A DNA stretch of 64,000 bases, from positions 972-64,971 of the forward strand of contig JBOIDB010000072.1 in NCBI GenBank assembly GCA_050740235.1, written 5' to 3'. Positions 36,478 through 44,089 of the stretch are shown piece after piece. The notes beneath the pieces are model-generated. The model had not been told where the DNA came from, did not search any database, and saw nothing but the letters and a program-made list of their open reading frames with translations. The stretch is from Gammaproteobacteria bacterium (GTDB taxonomy: Bacteria; Pseudomonadota; Gammaproteobacteria; Steroidobacterales; JACDCP01). The position numbers and the translations under genes are program-made. Positions within the stretch are counted from its first letter, which is position 1; each line of letters starts with the position of its first letter.

Positions 36478-36580
36478 CTGAATGACCGGAGCCTTCTCGA
36501 AAACGCCGTAAATCCATCCTTGGAGGCTCCGGGGGCGACATCCTGTCGCCCACGGTTTCGAGAAGGCTCCGGTCATTCAG
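36478..36580. repeat. 103-bp nested hairpin downstream of the antiporter gene
   Basis: Perfect 25-bp arms CTGAATGACCGGAGCCTTCTCGAAA (36478-36502) and 36556-36580 enclose a 53-nt loop. The loop contains a perfect 8-bp hairpin, GGGCGACA-TCC-TGTCGCCC (36533-36551). Confidence 0.85.
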
Positions 36581-36648
36581 GGATTGCCGGTAACGCGGCG
36601 CCTGTCCCGGACTACGCGTCAACTTGCGCCCCGGTCACCTGTGTCGGC

Positions 36649-37242
36649 TTACGGCGCGGCTTCCTCCGACATGCCCGGCGGGAACTGCTCGAGCATCTGG
36701 TCGACCGCCTGGCCGGACTTGCGCAGGGCATCACGGGGCGAAACGGCTGTGCCGGCCGCTATGCCCTGCCAGATGAGCCGTTTGCTGTCCGGCTCGAGGA
36801 AAAACACGATCAGCGTGCCCTTGCGTATGATCCCTTCGTTGATGCGCAGGTCCTCGCGATAGATCTTGAAGGTATCGCCGGAGCCGATATCCGTCGTCTC
36901 GAAGACATTGGCGCGCTCTTCGTAAAGTCGCGGATCCTCCTCCTCGGTCAGCACGACGTGATAGCTCACCAGAAAATCCGGCTCACTTTCGGAGACTTGC
37001 CGGTACCCTTTGGCGGCCAGATTCTCGTCGACGTTGCTGCGTATAATGCTGTCCACGCGCCGTACGATGTCCGGGTCGTACTCGCGGGTCGCCGAGACGG
37101 CCGAATCCTGCCAGGCGAATGTGTGCAGAGCGGAAAAATCCGCGGCGCGGTTGTAGTCCGTCTGAATCTCTATGTGCGGCGCGCAGCCGCCGAGAAGAGC
37201 CAGAACGGCAACCGGCAGGCAGATCGCGCGCATACCTTCCAT
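36649..37242 (-). CDS. DUF4136-like lipoprotein
   Basis: Lipobox VLALLGGC. Sequence resembles the second DUF4136-like protein at 48006-48551 (...DYNRAADFSALHTFAW / ...DPDANLVEYESYSW; ...WQG / ...WRG near the C-terminus). Confidence 0.7.
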   Translation of the reverse strand: MEGMRAICLPVAVLALLGGCAPHIEIQTDYNRAADFSALHTFAWQDSAVSATREYDPDIVRRVDSIIRSNVDENLAAKGYRQVSESEPDFLVSYHVVLTEEEDPRLYEERANVFETTDIGSGDTFKIYREDLRINEGIIRKGTLIVFFLEPDSKRLIWQGIAAGTAVSPRDALRKSGQAVDQMLEQFPPGMSEEAAP

Positions 37243-37294
37243 GCCCCCGCCGAAGTCGGCGATTGATCGGGAAAAGGATACGCGAAGCGATCGC

Positions 37295-38503
37295 TTATTG
37301 CATGCGCAGACTGATGCTGCCGCTGCCGGTGTCGATGACTCCGTTGCCCTCTCCGTCGCCGATGTCGCCCTCGAAATGGTGCTTGCCGCCGCGCACGCGG
37401 GAGAGCGCCGGCAGGTCGATAGTCACCTGGCCCGAGCCGGCCGATGCTTCCAGATGCAGCGACGGGAGTTGCACCGTCTGAAGGCGCACTGCGCCGCTGC
37501 CGGTATCGATGAGCAGGTGCCGAACTTCCGCCAGGTTGCCGTCCAGATCGACCGTACCGCTGCCGGTGTCCACCTCGACGCTTTCGCCGGCGAAGAAATT
37601 CTCCGCGCGCACGCTGCCCGAGCCCGTGTCGGCGAGCAGCGAACCGGTCGCGTCCCGCAACGACACGCTGCCCGATCCCGTATCGGCGTGAATGCGCCCG
37701 GCATTGACGTTCTCGAACTCGACGCTGCCCGATCCGGTGTCGGCGTGCACGTCGCCGTCGATGCGGCGCATGGTCACGCTGCCCGAGCCCGTATCTGCGC
37801 TGACGTTGCCGACGATGTCCTCGATGAGCACTTGTCCCGAGCCGGTGTCCGCCGTCACGTCGCCGCGGTGATCGCGCACGCGCACTGGCGCGCTGCCCGT
37901 ATCGAGCCAGGCCTTGCCGGTGACGCCGGACACGTCGATCGCGCCGGCGCCCGTATCGAGAAACAGGTCCGCGCTCAGGTCCGCGGCTTCGATGCGCCCG
38001 GCCCGGTTTTCGATCTTCACGCGGGCGCGCTCCGGCACTTTCAGGACGAAATCCGTGTGCAGCCTGACACCGCCCCGCTCACTCTCGCTGGTCACCATGA
38101 CGTCGCGCTCATGGTACCGTGTGCGGTTCGAATAGCGGCCCACTCCCTCCGGTCGATAGATGTAGACATCGTGGTCGGCGAGGGGATAACGCGTCCGTAC
38201 GGTAATCTGCCGGCTGCTCTCGTCGACGTCGAATCGAATCGAGCGCGCTAGCGACTCCGCGTCTTCGTCCGAGTCGGCTTCCGCCACGGCGCGCGCCTCG
38301 AGCTCGATGGCATCGCCGGCGGCGGCCTCGATGACGATCGATCCTGCGAGGTTCTCGAGCAGGAAGCGCGTCCCTTCGGGCGCATCGAAACGGTGGCTCG
38401 ACATTTCCTCGTGAACGGCCGCATTCGCGGCGGCGCTGAAGAAGGCGCTGGCCAGACTCAGCGCGGCGAGCAGAAGCAAGGCGCGCCGACAGATCGTGCG
38501 CAT
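37295..38503 (-). CDS. DUF4097-like beta-solenoid repeat protein (putative adhesin fold), secreted
   Basis: ATG 38503 preceded by AAGGAGG. Signal peptide MRTICRRALLLLAALSLASA. At least 7 copies of a ~20-aa repeat centred on DTGSG(S/Q/T/A)V. The track ORF to 38797 is an over-extension. Confidence 0.8.
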   Translation of the reverse strand: MRTICRRALLLLAALSLASAFFSAAANAAVHEEMSSHRFDAPEGTRFLLENLAGSIVIEAAAGDAIELEARAVAEADSDEDAESLARSIRFDVDESSRQITVRTRYPLADHDVYIYRPEGVGRYSNRTRYHERDVMVTSESERGGVRLHTDFVLKVPERARVKIENRAGRIEAADLSADLFLDTGAGAIDVSGVTGKAWLDTGSAPVRVRDHRGDVTADTGSGQVLIEDIVGNVSADTGSGSVTMRRIDGDVHADTGSGSVEFENVNAGRIHADTGSGSVSLRDATGSLLADTGSGSVRAENFFAGESVEVDTGSGTVDLDGNLAEVRHLLIDTGSGAVRLQTVQLPSLHLEASAGSGQVTIDLPALSRVRGGKHHFEGDIGDGEGNGVIDTGSGSISLRMQ

Positions 38504-38529
38504 GTCCGGTCCTCCTTTGGTTCGGGCGT

Positions 38530-38907
38530 TCATGACTTGTGGACCTCCACGGTCAGGCGCGACTCGACGACCGATACGCCCTCCGTTCCGAGCGCGAGCT
38601 CGACGGCGCGGTCGAAATGCGCCCGGCTGGGCACACGGCCGTGCAGGGTCACCACGCCTTCGCGGGCGGTCACGCGAATATCCGCATCGCGCAGCATGTC
38701 GTCCGTGCCGTAACTGCGTGCAACCCGCTCCGCGAGTCCGGGGACGGCCGACTGCGGCGAGTACGCGCGCTGCCAGGACGACTCGTCGGATTCCCATTCC
38801 GACTGCCAGGCTTCGTCCCCATAGCCCTCCTCGGGATTGACGACGAACACGCAGCCCGCCGTCGATGCCGACAGCGCCAGGACGAGAGTCATTACCTTTC
38901 CGTTCAC
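38530..38907 (-). CDS. BON-domain lipoprotein
   Basis: Lipobox LSASTAGC. C-terminal DIRVTAREGVVTLHGRVPSRAHFDRAVELALGTEGVSVVESRLTV is a BON domain. Confidence 0.8.
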   Translation of the reverse strand: MNGKVMTLVLALSASTAGCVFVVNPEEGYGDEAWQSEWESDESSWQRAYSPQSAVPGLAERVARSYGTDDMLRDADIRVTAREGVVTLHGRVPSRAHFDRAVELALGTEGVSVVESRLTVEVHKS

Positions 38908-38967
38908 GTTATGCTCCTTATTCGACGGCTCGCGGCGCGATATGGTTTGACCGGCGGCCGAAATCGG

Positions 38968-39855
38968 CTACGAGTCGTCGCGATAGCGTCTCAGTGCGAT
39001 CGCGCCGGCAACGAACGCCGCAGCGAGCGCGAGTCCGCTCCACAACCCGACGCTCGTAAACAGCTCGGCCGGATTCATGAGCTCGGCGACATTGGGCGTC
39101 TGCTCGAAGAACGCCCCGTCCGGCTGATCGCCGCTGATCCAGGACGGCACCCGGAAACCGGAGGAGAAGACGCCGCTGAAGCGATCGCCGATCCATTCGG
39201 CGAAATGCCGCGAGCGCAGGATTTCCGCCTCCAGCACGATCAGTGCAACGGGTACCAGCGTGGCCCAGAGAAACGGCACGCGTTTCGCCCATGCCGACAC
39301 GAGCAGCAGCCACCCGTAAATCGGCGCGTACCACAGCGACACGGCGAACAGCGCATACAACAGCACGGCCTGCGCCTGAATGAAGGCGCGAGCCTCCTGC
39401 ATCGGGCTGGGGATTGCGTCGCTGGTCATCACAATGGCCAGATTGCCGACCGACAGGCCGAGCATTTGCGTGACGGTGGCGACGACGTAAACGATGAGCG
39501 GCGCGGCAATCATCGCGACCGCCAGCTTCGACAGCACGGTCACCGCATCCGATACTGGCATGGACTTCCAGAACAGGATGCTGCGGTCCTTGCGCTCCGC
39601 ATACAGGCAATCGAGCAGGTACAGCGGGATCACCACCAGCAGGACCATGAGGAATGGCACGACGAAGCCGGCAGTGCCCAGATGAAGCGCTGCGGATACC
39701 TGCTCCGCACCGTGCTGCGCTACCACCGTGCCGACAAAACGCATCTTGCCGACGACGCCGACGAGGGCCAGCGCCAGTACCACGAGCGGCGCGATATACA
39801 GCGCCGGATGCTCCCAAAGCTCGCGGCGCAACAAGGTCACTGCCGTGCGAGTCAT
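38968..39855 (-). CDS. Polytopic membrane protein, putative ABC-2-type permease partner
   Basis: Six or more hydrophobic helices. The start overlaps the upstream ATPase stop, giving YtrA-ABC operon context. Confidence 0.65.
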   Translation of the reverse strand: MTRTAVTLLRRELWEHPALYIAPLVVLALALVGVVGKMRFVGTVVAQHGAEQVSAALHLGTAGFVVPFLMVLLVVIPLYLLDCLYAERKDRSILFWKSMPVSDAVTVLSKLAVAMIAAPLIVYVVATVTQMLGLSVGNLAIVMTSDAIPSPMQEARAFIQAQAVLLYALFAVSLWYAPIYGWLLLVSAWAKRVPFLWATLVPVALIVLEAEILRSRHFAEWIGDRFSGVFSSGFRVPSWISGDQPDGAFFEQTPNVAELMNPAELFTSVGLWSGLALAAAFVAGAIALRRYRDDS

Positions 39856-40709
39856 GCCGCTTCTCCCTTGACGGTGGCGAAGAACAGGTCCGCGATGCTC
39901 GGTGTGCGCGGCTCGCCGAGCCCGGCCAGGCGCTCACGCTCGACGCCCGAGAACAGGAACACCGGACGGCCGAACATCTGCCGCTCGAAGACGGGTTGCA
40001 GCTCGCGCGCGGCAGCCGCGTGCTCCGGGCGCGCGACGACCTCCACGTATTTCTCGGCCATTGCTTCGACCGTTTCGCTGAGCACCACCCGGCCGTGATT
40101 GATGAACACCACGTCGGTGAGGATGTGCTCGACTTCCTCGACCTGATGCGTGGTCAACAGAATCGTGCGCTCGCCGTCGTAATAGTCGCCGAGCAGCGTC
40201 GTGTAGAACTGCTTGCGGTAGATGATGTCCAGGCCGAGCGTCGGCTCGTCGAGCACCAGCAGCTTTGCATCCACCGCCATCACGAGCGCCAGATGGAGCT
40301 GCGTGATCATGCCTTTCGACAGCGATTTCACCCGTGACCGTTGCCGGATCTCGGTCTGCGCGAGGAAGGTCTCGGCACGCGCGCGATCGAACTTCGGATG
40401 CACGCCCGCGACGTAATCGAGGACCTGGCGCACGCGGATCCAGCGCGGCAGCACCGCCGTGTCGGTGATGAAGCAGATGTCCTGCATGAGGGCATGCCGC
40501 TCGCGGCGCGGATCCCGCCCGAGTACCTCCAGCGAACCGCGGAAGGGAGTGAGGCCGAGGATCGCCTTGAGCGCGGTAGTCTTGCCGGCGCCGTTCGGCC
40601 CGATCAGCCCGACGATACGCCCGGCACCGATCTCCAGGTCGACACCGTCGAGCGCCTGGGTCGAGCCATAGCGCTTGCTGAGACCGCGCGCCGAGATGAC
40701 GCTGCTCAT
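39852..40709 (-). CDS. ABC transporter ATP-binding protein
   Basis: ATG 40709 preceded by GAGGAAA. Walker A GPNGAGKTT, signature LSKGM, Walker B LLVLDEPT. It overlaps the GntR stop (ATGA). Confidence 0.9.
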   Translation of the reverse strand: MSSVISARGLSKRYGSTQALDGVDLEIGAGRIVGLIGPNGAGKTTALKAILGLTPFRGSLEVLGRDPRRERHALMQDICFITDTAVLPRWIRVRQVLDYVAGVHPKFDRARAETFLAQTEIRQRSRVKSLSKGMITQLHLALVMAVDAKLLVLDEPTLGLDIIYRKQFYTTLLGDYYDGERTILLTTHQVEEVEHILTDVVFINHGRVVLSETVEAMAEKYVEVVARPEHAAAARELQPVFERQMFGRPVFLFSGVERERLAGLGEPRTPSIADLFFATVKGEAA

Positions 40710-41095
40710 TGAGGTTTCCTCTTGTCCTTGCCGTTGCCGCCGGTCCGCACCTGCTCGAGCAGCTCGCGGGGCTCGAGCCCGAGACGCTCGATGGTGGCGA
40801 CCGTTTTCGGCCACTCGTCCTGCAGAAAGCGTTTGCGCTCGTCCTTGCGCAGCGCATCGCTCGCTCCGTCGGTAACGTACATGCCGAGCCCTCGCTTCTT
40901 CTCCACCAGCCCTTCGTCGACCAGCGCCTGGTAACCTTTGAGGACCGTCAGCGGGTTCAGGCGGTATTCGGCGGCGACGTTGCGCACGGACGGCAGGGCA
41001 TCGCCGTCCACGAGCACGCCCTCGAGGATCATCGCCACCACGCGGTCGCGGAGCTGGCGGTAAATCGGCTGATTGTCGTCCCAGTTCGGTTCCAT
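40706..41095 (-). CDS. GntR-family regulator, YtrA subfamily
   Basis: 129 aa. QPIYRQLRDRVVAMILEGVLVDGDALPSVRNVAAEYRLNPLTVLKGYQALVDEGLVEKKRGLGMYV. Short C-terminal domain typical of YtrA. The track ORF to 41323 is an over-extension. Confidence 0.85.
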   Translation of the reverse strand: MEPNWDDNQPIYRQLRDRVVAMILEGVLVDGDALPSVRNVAAEYRLNPLTVLKGYQALVDEGLVEKKRGLGMYVTDGASDALRKDERKRFLQDEWPKTVATIERLGLEPRELLEQVRTGGNGKDKRKPQ

Positions 41096-41142
41096 GGCCC
41101 TTGTCCGTCGCCGGAAGGCGCGCCTGGCGCCGCTTTCGATCC

Positions 41143-41166
41143 GGTGTTGTACTGTACTATAACACC
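41143..41166. promoter_or_regulatory. Near-palindromic candidate operator in the GntR / ECF-sigma divergent region
   Basis: GGTGTTGTACTGTACTATAACACC. The outer 6 bp are perfectly symmetric and 18/24 positions overall are symmetric. It contains the direct repeat GTACTGTACT and lies 48 bp upstream of the YtrA-type gene start. Confidence 0.3.
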
Positions 41167-41316
41167 AACTAGCCCTTTTGCAAGCCCCGGTCGAAATCCC
41201 CGGCCGCCGACCCCCGAACGCATGCCGCCGGCGTTTATATGTCGGCAGGAGCGAGATGGGCGGGCGCCCGCGCCGCGGATGGCTTTTACGGCGGTTCGTT
41301 GAGTATCCTGCCGCGC

Positions 41317-41901
41317 ATGGCATCGGAGATCGACGACACCGGGCTCATGCTTCGTTATCAGGCCGGCGACGCCGGCGCTTTCGAGGCGCTTTATGGCCGT
41401 TACAAGGGCTCGCTTTACAGGTATCTGCTCCGTCAATGCCGGGATGCCGAAGCCGCTTCGGACCTGTTTCAGGAAGTCTGGGGCCGCGTGGTCAGGGCGC
41501 GGGACAGATACCGGCCGACGGCGCAGTTCAATACCTATCTCTTCCGAATCGCGCACAACTGCTGCGTCGATCACTACCGCCGGGAACAGCGCCGGCCGGG
41601 AGGCCCCGTGGATATCGACGCCAGCGAATGCATGGCCGATCCGGAGGCCGGGCCAGAAGCCATGGCGCGCAATTACGAGCGTGCCGGCAGGCTGCTTGCC
41701 GCGCTCGGCGAGTTGCCGGCCGAGCAGCGCGAAGCCTTTCTGCTGCGCGAGGAGACCGGCATGAGCCTCGAGGAGATCGGCGAGGCGACCGGCGTCGGCC
41801 GGGAAACCGCCAAGAGCCGCCTGCGCTATGCCGTGCAGCGACTGCGCCGGGCGCTGACGGAGCCGAACCAGCCGGGGATCCATCGTGAAGCATCTCTCTG
41901 A
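41317..41901 (+). CDS. ECF (sigma-70 group IV) RNA polymerase sigma factor
   Basis: Region 2 (FEALYGRYKGSLYRYLLR...DLFQEVW) and region 4 (LPAEQREAFLLREETGMSLEEIGEATGVGRETAKSRLRYA). Confidence 0.9.
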   Translation: MASEIDDTGLMLRYQAGDAGAFEALYGRYKGSLYRYLLRQCRDAEAASDLFQEVWGRVVRARDRYRPTAQFNTYLFRIAHNCCVDHYRREQRRPGGPVDIDASECMADPEAGPEAMARNYERAGRLLAALGELPAEQREAFLLREETGMSLEEIGEATGVGRETAKSRLRYAVQRLRRALTEPNQPGIHREASL

Positions 41902-42577
41902 CGAAGCGGCACTTGCGGAATACCTGCGCGGCGGGTCCGCGCTGTCGCGGGCGTATGCCGCGCTCGGCAACCAGCAGCCCGACAAGCGCGTCGACGACGC
42001 CATCCTGCACGCGGCGCGCGATGCCTTGCAGGCCGGGTCGGTCGTGCGAGCGACGAACGACTCATCGCACCGGCGCGAAGCGGTCCCTGGACCCCGCCCC
42101 GGAATCGACGCACAGCACGCCGAGCCTGGAAGACAGCGCTGGTACGTGCCGCTGTCCGCGGCCGCAATCGTGCTGCTTTCATTCGGCCTGGTAATGCGCC
42201 TGGCCATCGATCCCGCCGGCACCGGATCGCGCGATGCCGCGTTCGAGACCGGTCAACCGGCTGACGAAGCGGAACCGCGCCGCCTTCCGGCCGAAGTGCG
42301 CGGCGAGAAAGCGCGCGCGCTCGGCTCCGCCGGCAGCGCAAAGGTGACGGCCGCGCAAGTGCCGGCCAGCGACCGGTGCGCGGACCCGGCGAGCACGACC
42401 GAGCCGGCAACGGCCGATCGCGCGGGCGCGCTGCGGTTGGATTACATTCGCTGCCTGCGCGACTCGGGCGACCAGGCAGCCGCGCGGCGCGAGATCGCAC
42501 GCCTTCAGGAGCAATTCCCGATGCAACGCATTCCGGCGGATCTGCGCGAGCTGACGCCTGCCAGCCCGGCGCAATAG
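41885..42577 (+). CDS. Putative anti-sigma factor (single TM)
   Basis: GTG start overlapping the sigma gene's 3' end. Central TM helix WYVPLSAAAIVLLSFGLVMRLAI. The position is typical of a cognate anti-sigma factor. Confidence 0.6.
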   Translation: MKHLSDEAALAEYLRGGSALSRAYAALGNQQPDKRVDDAILHAARDALQAGSVVRATNDSSHRREAVPGPRPGIDAQHAEPGRQRWYVPLSAAAIVLLSFGLVMRLAIDPAGTGSRDAAFETGQPADEAEPRRLPAEVRGEKARALGSAGSAKVTAAQVPASDRCADPASTTEPATADRAGALRLDYIRCLRDSGDQAAARREIARLQEQFPMQRIPADLRELTPASPAQ

Positions 42578-42731
42578 CGCGATCCTCGCCGGCCTGATCG
42601 GCGTCGACGCGTCCATTGCCGACGATACCGATGACGTATCGTCCCTGCGCGGCCCGACGCTCCACCTCAATTCCGCGCCTCTCTCAGATAATCCGGGCTA
42701 GAATGCGGGCTTTTCGTTTCCCGGGCCCGTC

Positions 42732-43706
42732 ATGAAACCCCAGCACATCGCCATCACCGGCGCGGCCGGTCAGATCGGCTATCAGCTCGCGTTCCGCATC
42801 GCCTCGGGGCAGCTGCTCGGCCCCGATCAGCCCGTCGTGCTGCATCTGCTCGAGATCCCGCAGGCGCTCGGCGCGCTCGAAGGCGTGGTCATGGAACTGC
42901 GCGACTGCGCATTCCTGACGCTGCACGACGTCGTAGCGACCGATAACCCCGACGTTGCGTTCGAGGATGTGGGCTTCGCGCTGCTGGTCGGCGCCAGGCC
43001 TCGCACCGCCGGCATGGAACGCAGCGATCTGCTGCTCGGCAACGCCAGGATCTTTTCCGTGCAGGGCCGCGCGCTCAACCAGCACGCGAATCCGGACGTC
43101 CGCGTGCTCGTGGTCGGCAATCCCGCCAATACGAATGCGCTCATCACGAGCGCGAATGCGCCCGACCTGGATCCACGCCAGATCACCGCCATGACGCGCC
43201 TCGATCACAACCGGGCGCTCGGGCAGCTCGCCGGGAAAACCGCCTCGCACGTCAGCGCGATCCGCCGCATGACGATCTGGGGCAACCATTCCGCCACGCA
43301 GTATCCGGACATCAGTCACGTCAGGGTCAACGGCCGGACCGCCAGAGACCTCGTCGACGAAAGCTGGGTGCGCGATACGTTCATACCGACCGTGCAACAG
43401 CGCGGCGCGGCCATCATCAAGGCGCGGGGTGCCTCATCCGCAGCCTCGGCCGCATCCGCCGCCATCGATCATGTGCGCGACTGGGTGCAAGGAACGTCGG
43501 ACGGCGATTGGGTCAGCATGGCCGTGCCGTCCGACGGCAGCTACGGTATCGACGAAGGCGTCGTCTACTCGTTTCCGGTCACCTGCCGCGACGGCGATTA
43601 CGAAATCGTTCCCGGCCTCGACATCGACGCGTTCAGCCGCGAGCGCATGGATGCCACCGAAAAGGAGCTGCGCGAAGAGCGCGAAGCGGTACGCGAGCTC
43701 CTCTGA
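42732..43706 (+). CDS. mdh: Malate dehydrogenase (LDH-like type 2 family)
   Basis: [30 protein letters not shown]...VLHLLEI..A...L.GV.MEL.DCAF, and the catalytic region [12 protein letters not shown]. Confidence 0.95.
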   Translation: MKPQHIAITGAAGQIGYQLAFRIASGQLLGPDQPVVLHLLEIPQALGALEGVVMELRDCAFLTLHDVVATDNPDVAFEDVGFALLVGARPRTAGMERSDLLLGNARIFSVQGRALNQHANPDVRVLVVGNPANTNALITSANAPDLDPRQITAMTRLDHNRALGQLAGKTASHVSAIRRMTIWGNHSATQYPDISHVRVNGRTARDLVDESWVRDTFIPTVQQRGAAIIKARGASSAASAASAAIDHVRDWVQGTSDGDWVSMAVPSDGSYGIDEGVVYSFPVTCRDGDYEIVPGLDIDAFSRERMDATEKELREEREAVRELL

Positions 43707-43724
43707 CTTTGCCGTCCACGCACG

Positions 43725-43797
43725 AAGGGGTTCCCGGTACCCTTTCTCAGTCGCTCCCCGATATGAGCTTGGTGAGAAAGGGTACCGGGAACCCCTT
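43725..43797 (+). repeat. Family-C hairpin, copy 1 (conserved loop, perfect 24-bp stem)
   Basis: Arms AAGGGGTTCCCGGTACCCTTTCTC (43725-43748) and its exact complement (43774-43797). Loop AGTCGCTCCCCGATATGAGCTTGGT (43749-43773). Starts 19 nt after the mdh stop. Confidence 0.9.
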
Positions 43798-43855
43798 GCC
43801 GGGCGTGATCACCTGCTGATCGTCACGTGGCGGTCGGCAAACGCTCACGCTGGCG

Positions 43856-43927
43856 GAGGAGATGCCTGTGTCCTTTTTCAGTCGCTCCCCGATATGAGCT
43901 TGGTGAAAAGGACACAGGCATCTCCTC
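43856..43927 (+). repeat. Family-C hairpin, copy 2 (same loop, unrelated perfect 22-bp stem)
   Basis: Arms GAGGAGATGCCTGTGTCCTTTT (43856-43877) and its exact complement (43906-43927). The loop (43878-43905) contains the identical core TCAGTCGCTCCCCGATATGAGCTTGGTGA. Confidence 0.9.
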
Positions 43928-43995
43928 GTTTGCATGCGCCTTTTCACCAGGCAAGTATCGGGGAGCGACTGCGAAAGGGTGCAGGGAACCCCTCG
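43924..43995 (-). repeat. Family-C hairpin, copy 3 (inverted, decayed stem)
   Basis: The reverse complement of 43944-43974 gives TCGCAGTCGCTCCCCGATACTTGCCTGGTGA, with the core 21/25 identical to copy 1. The right flank (43973-43995) is 20/23 identical to the copy-1 right arm. The two flanks pair at only ~14/22 positions. Confidence 0.8.
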
Positions 43996-44089
43996 TTCTT
44001 GAACGTTTCAGGTGCCGAAGCTGCGCTATAGTAGCCGCATCACGCATCTCGACGCCGGCGCCCGCCGCGCGGCCTAAAGCGAGGTAATC

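Noticed and set aside
37480-37900. About 60-bp periodicity at the DNA level, as a possible non-coding tandem repeat
   Set aside because: It corresponds to the in-frame ~20-aa DTGSGSV repeats of the DUF4097-like beta-solenoid protein, so it is coding repeat structure.
43725-43995. CRISPR array interpretation of the repeated 25-29-nt core
   Set aside because: There are only three copies. One is inverted and the spacing is irregular. Each copy is embedded in its own inverted-repeat stem instead of being separated by unique spacers. No cas genes occur in the window.
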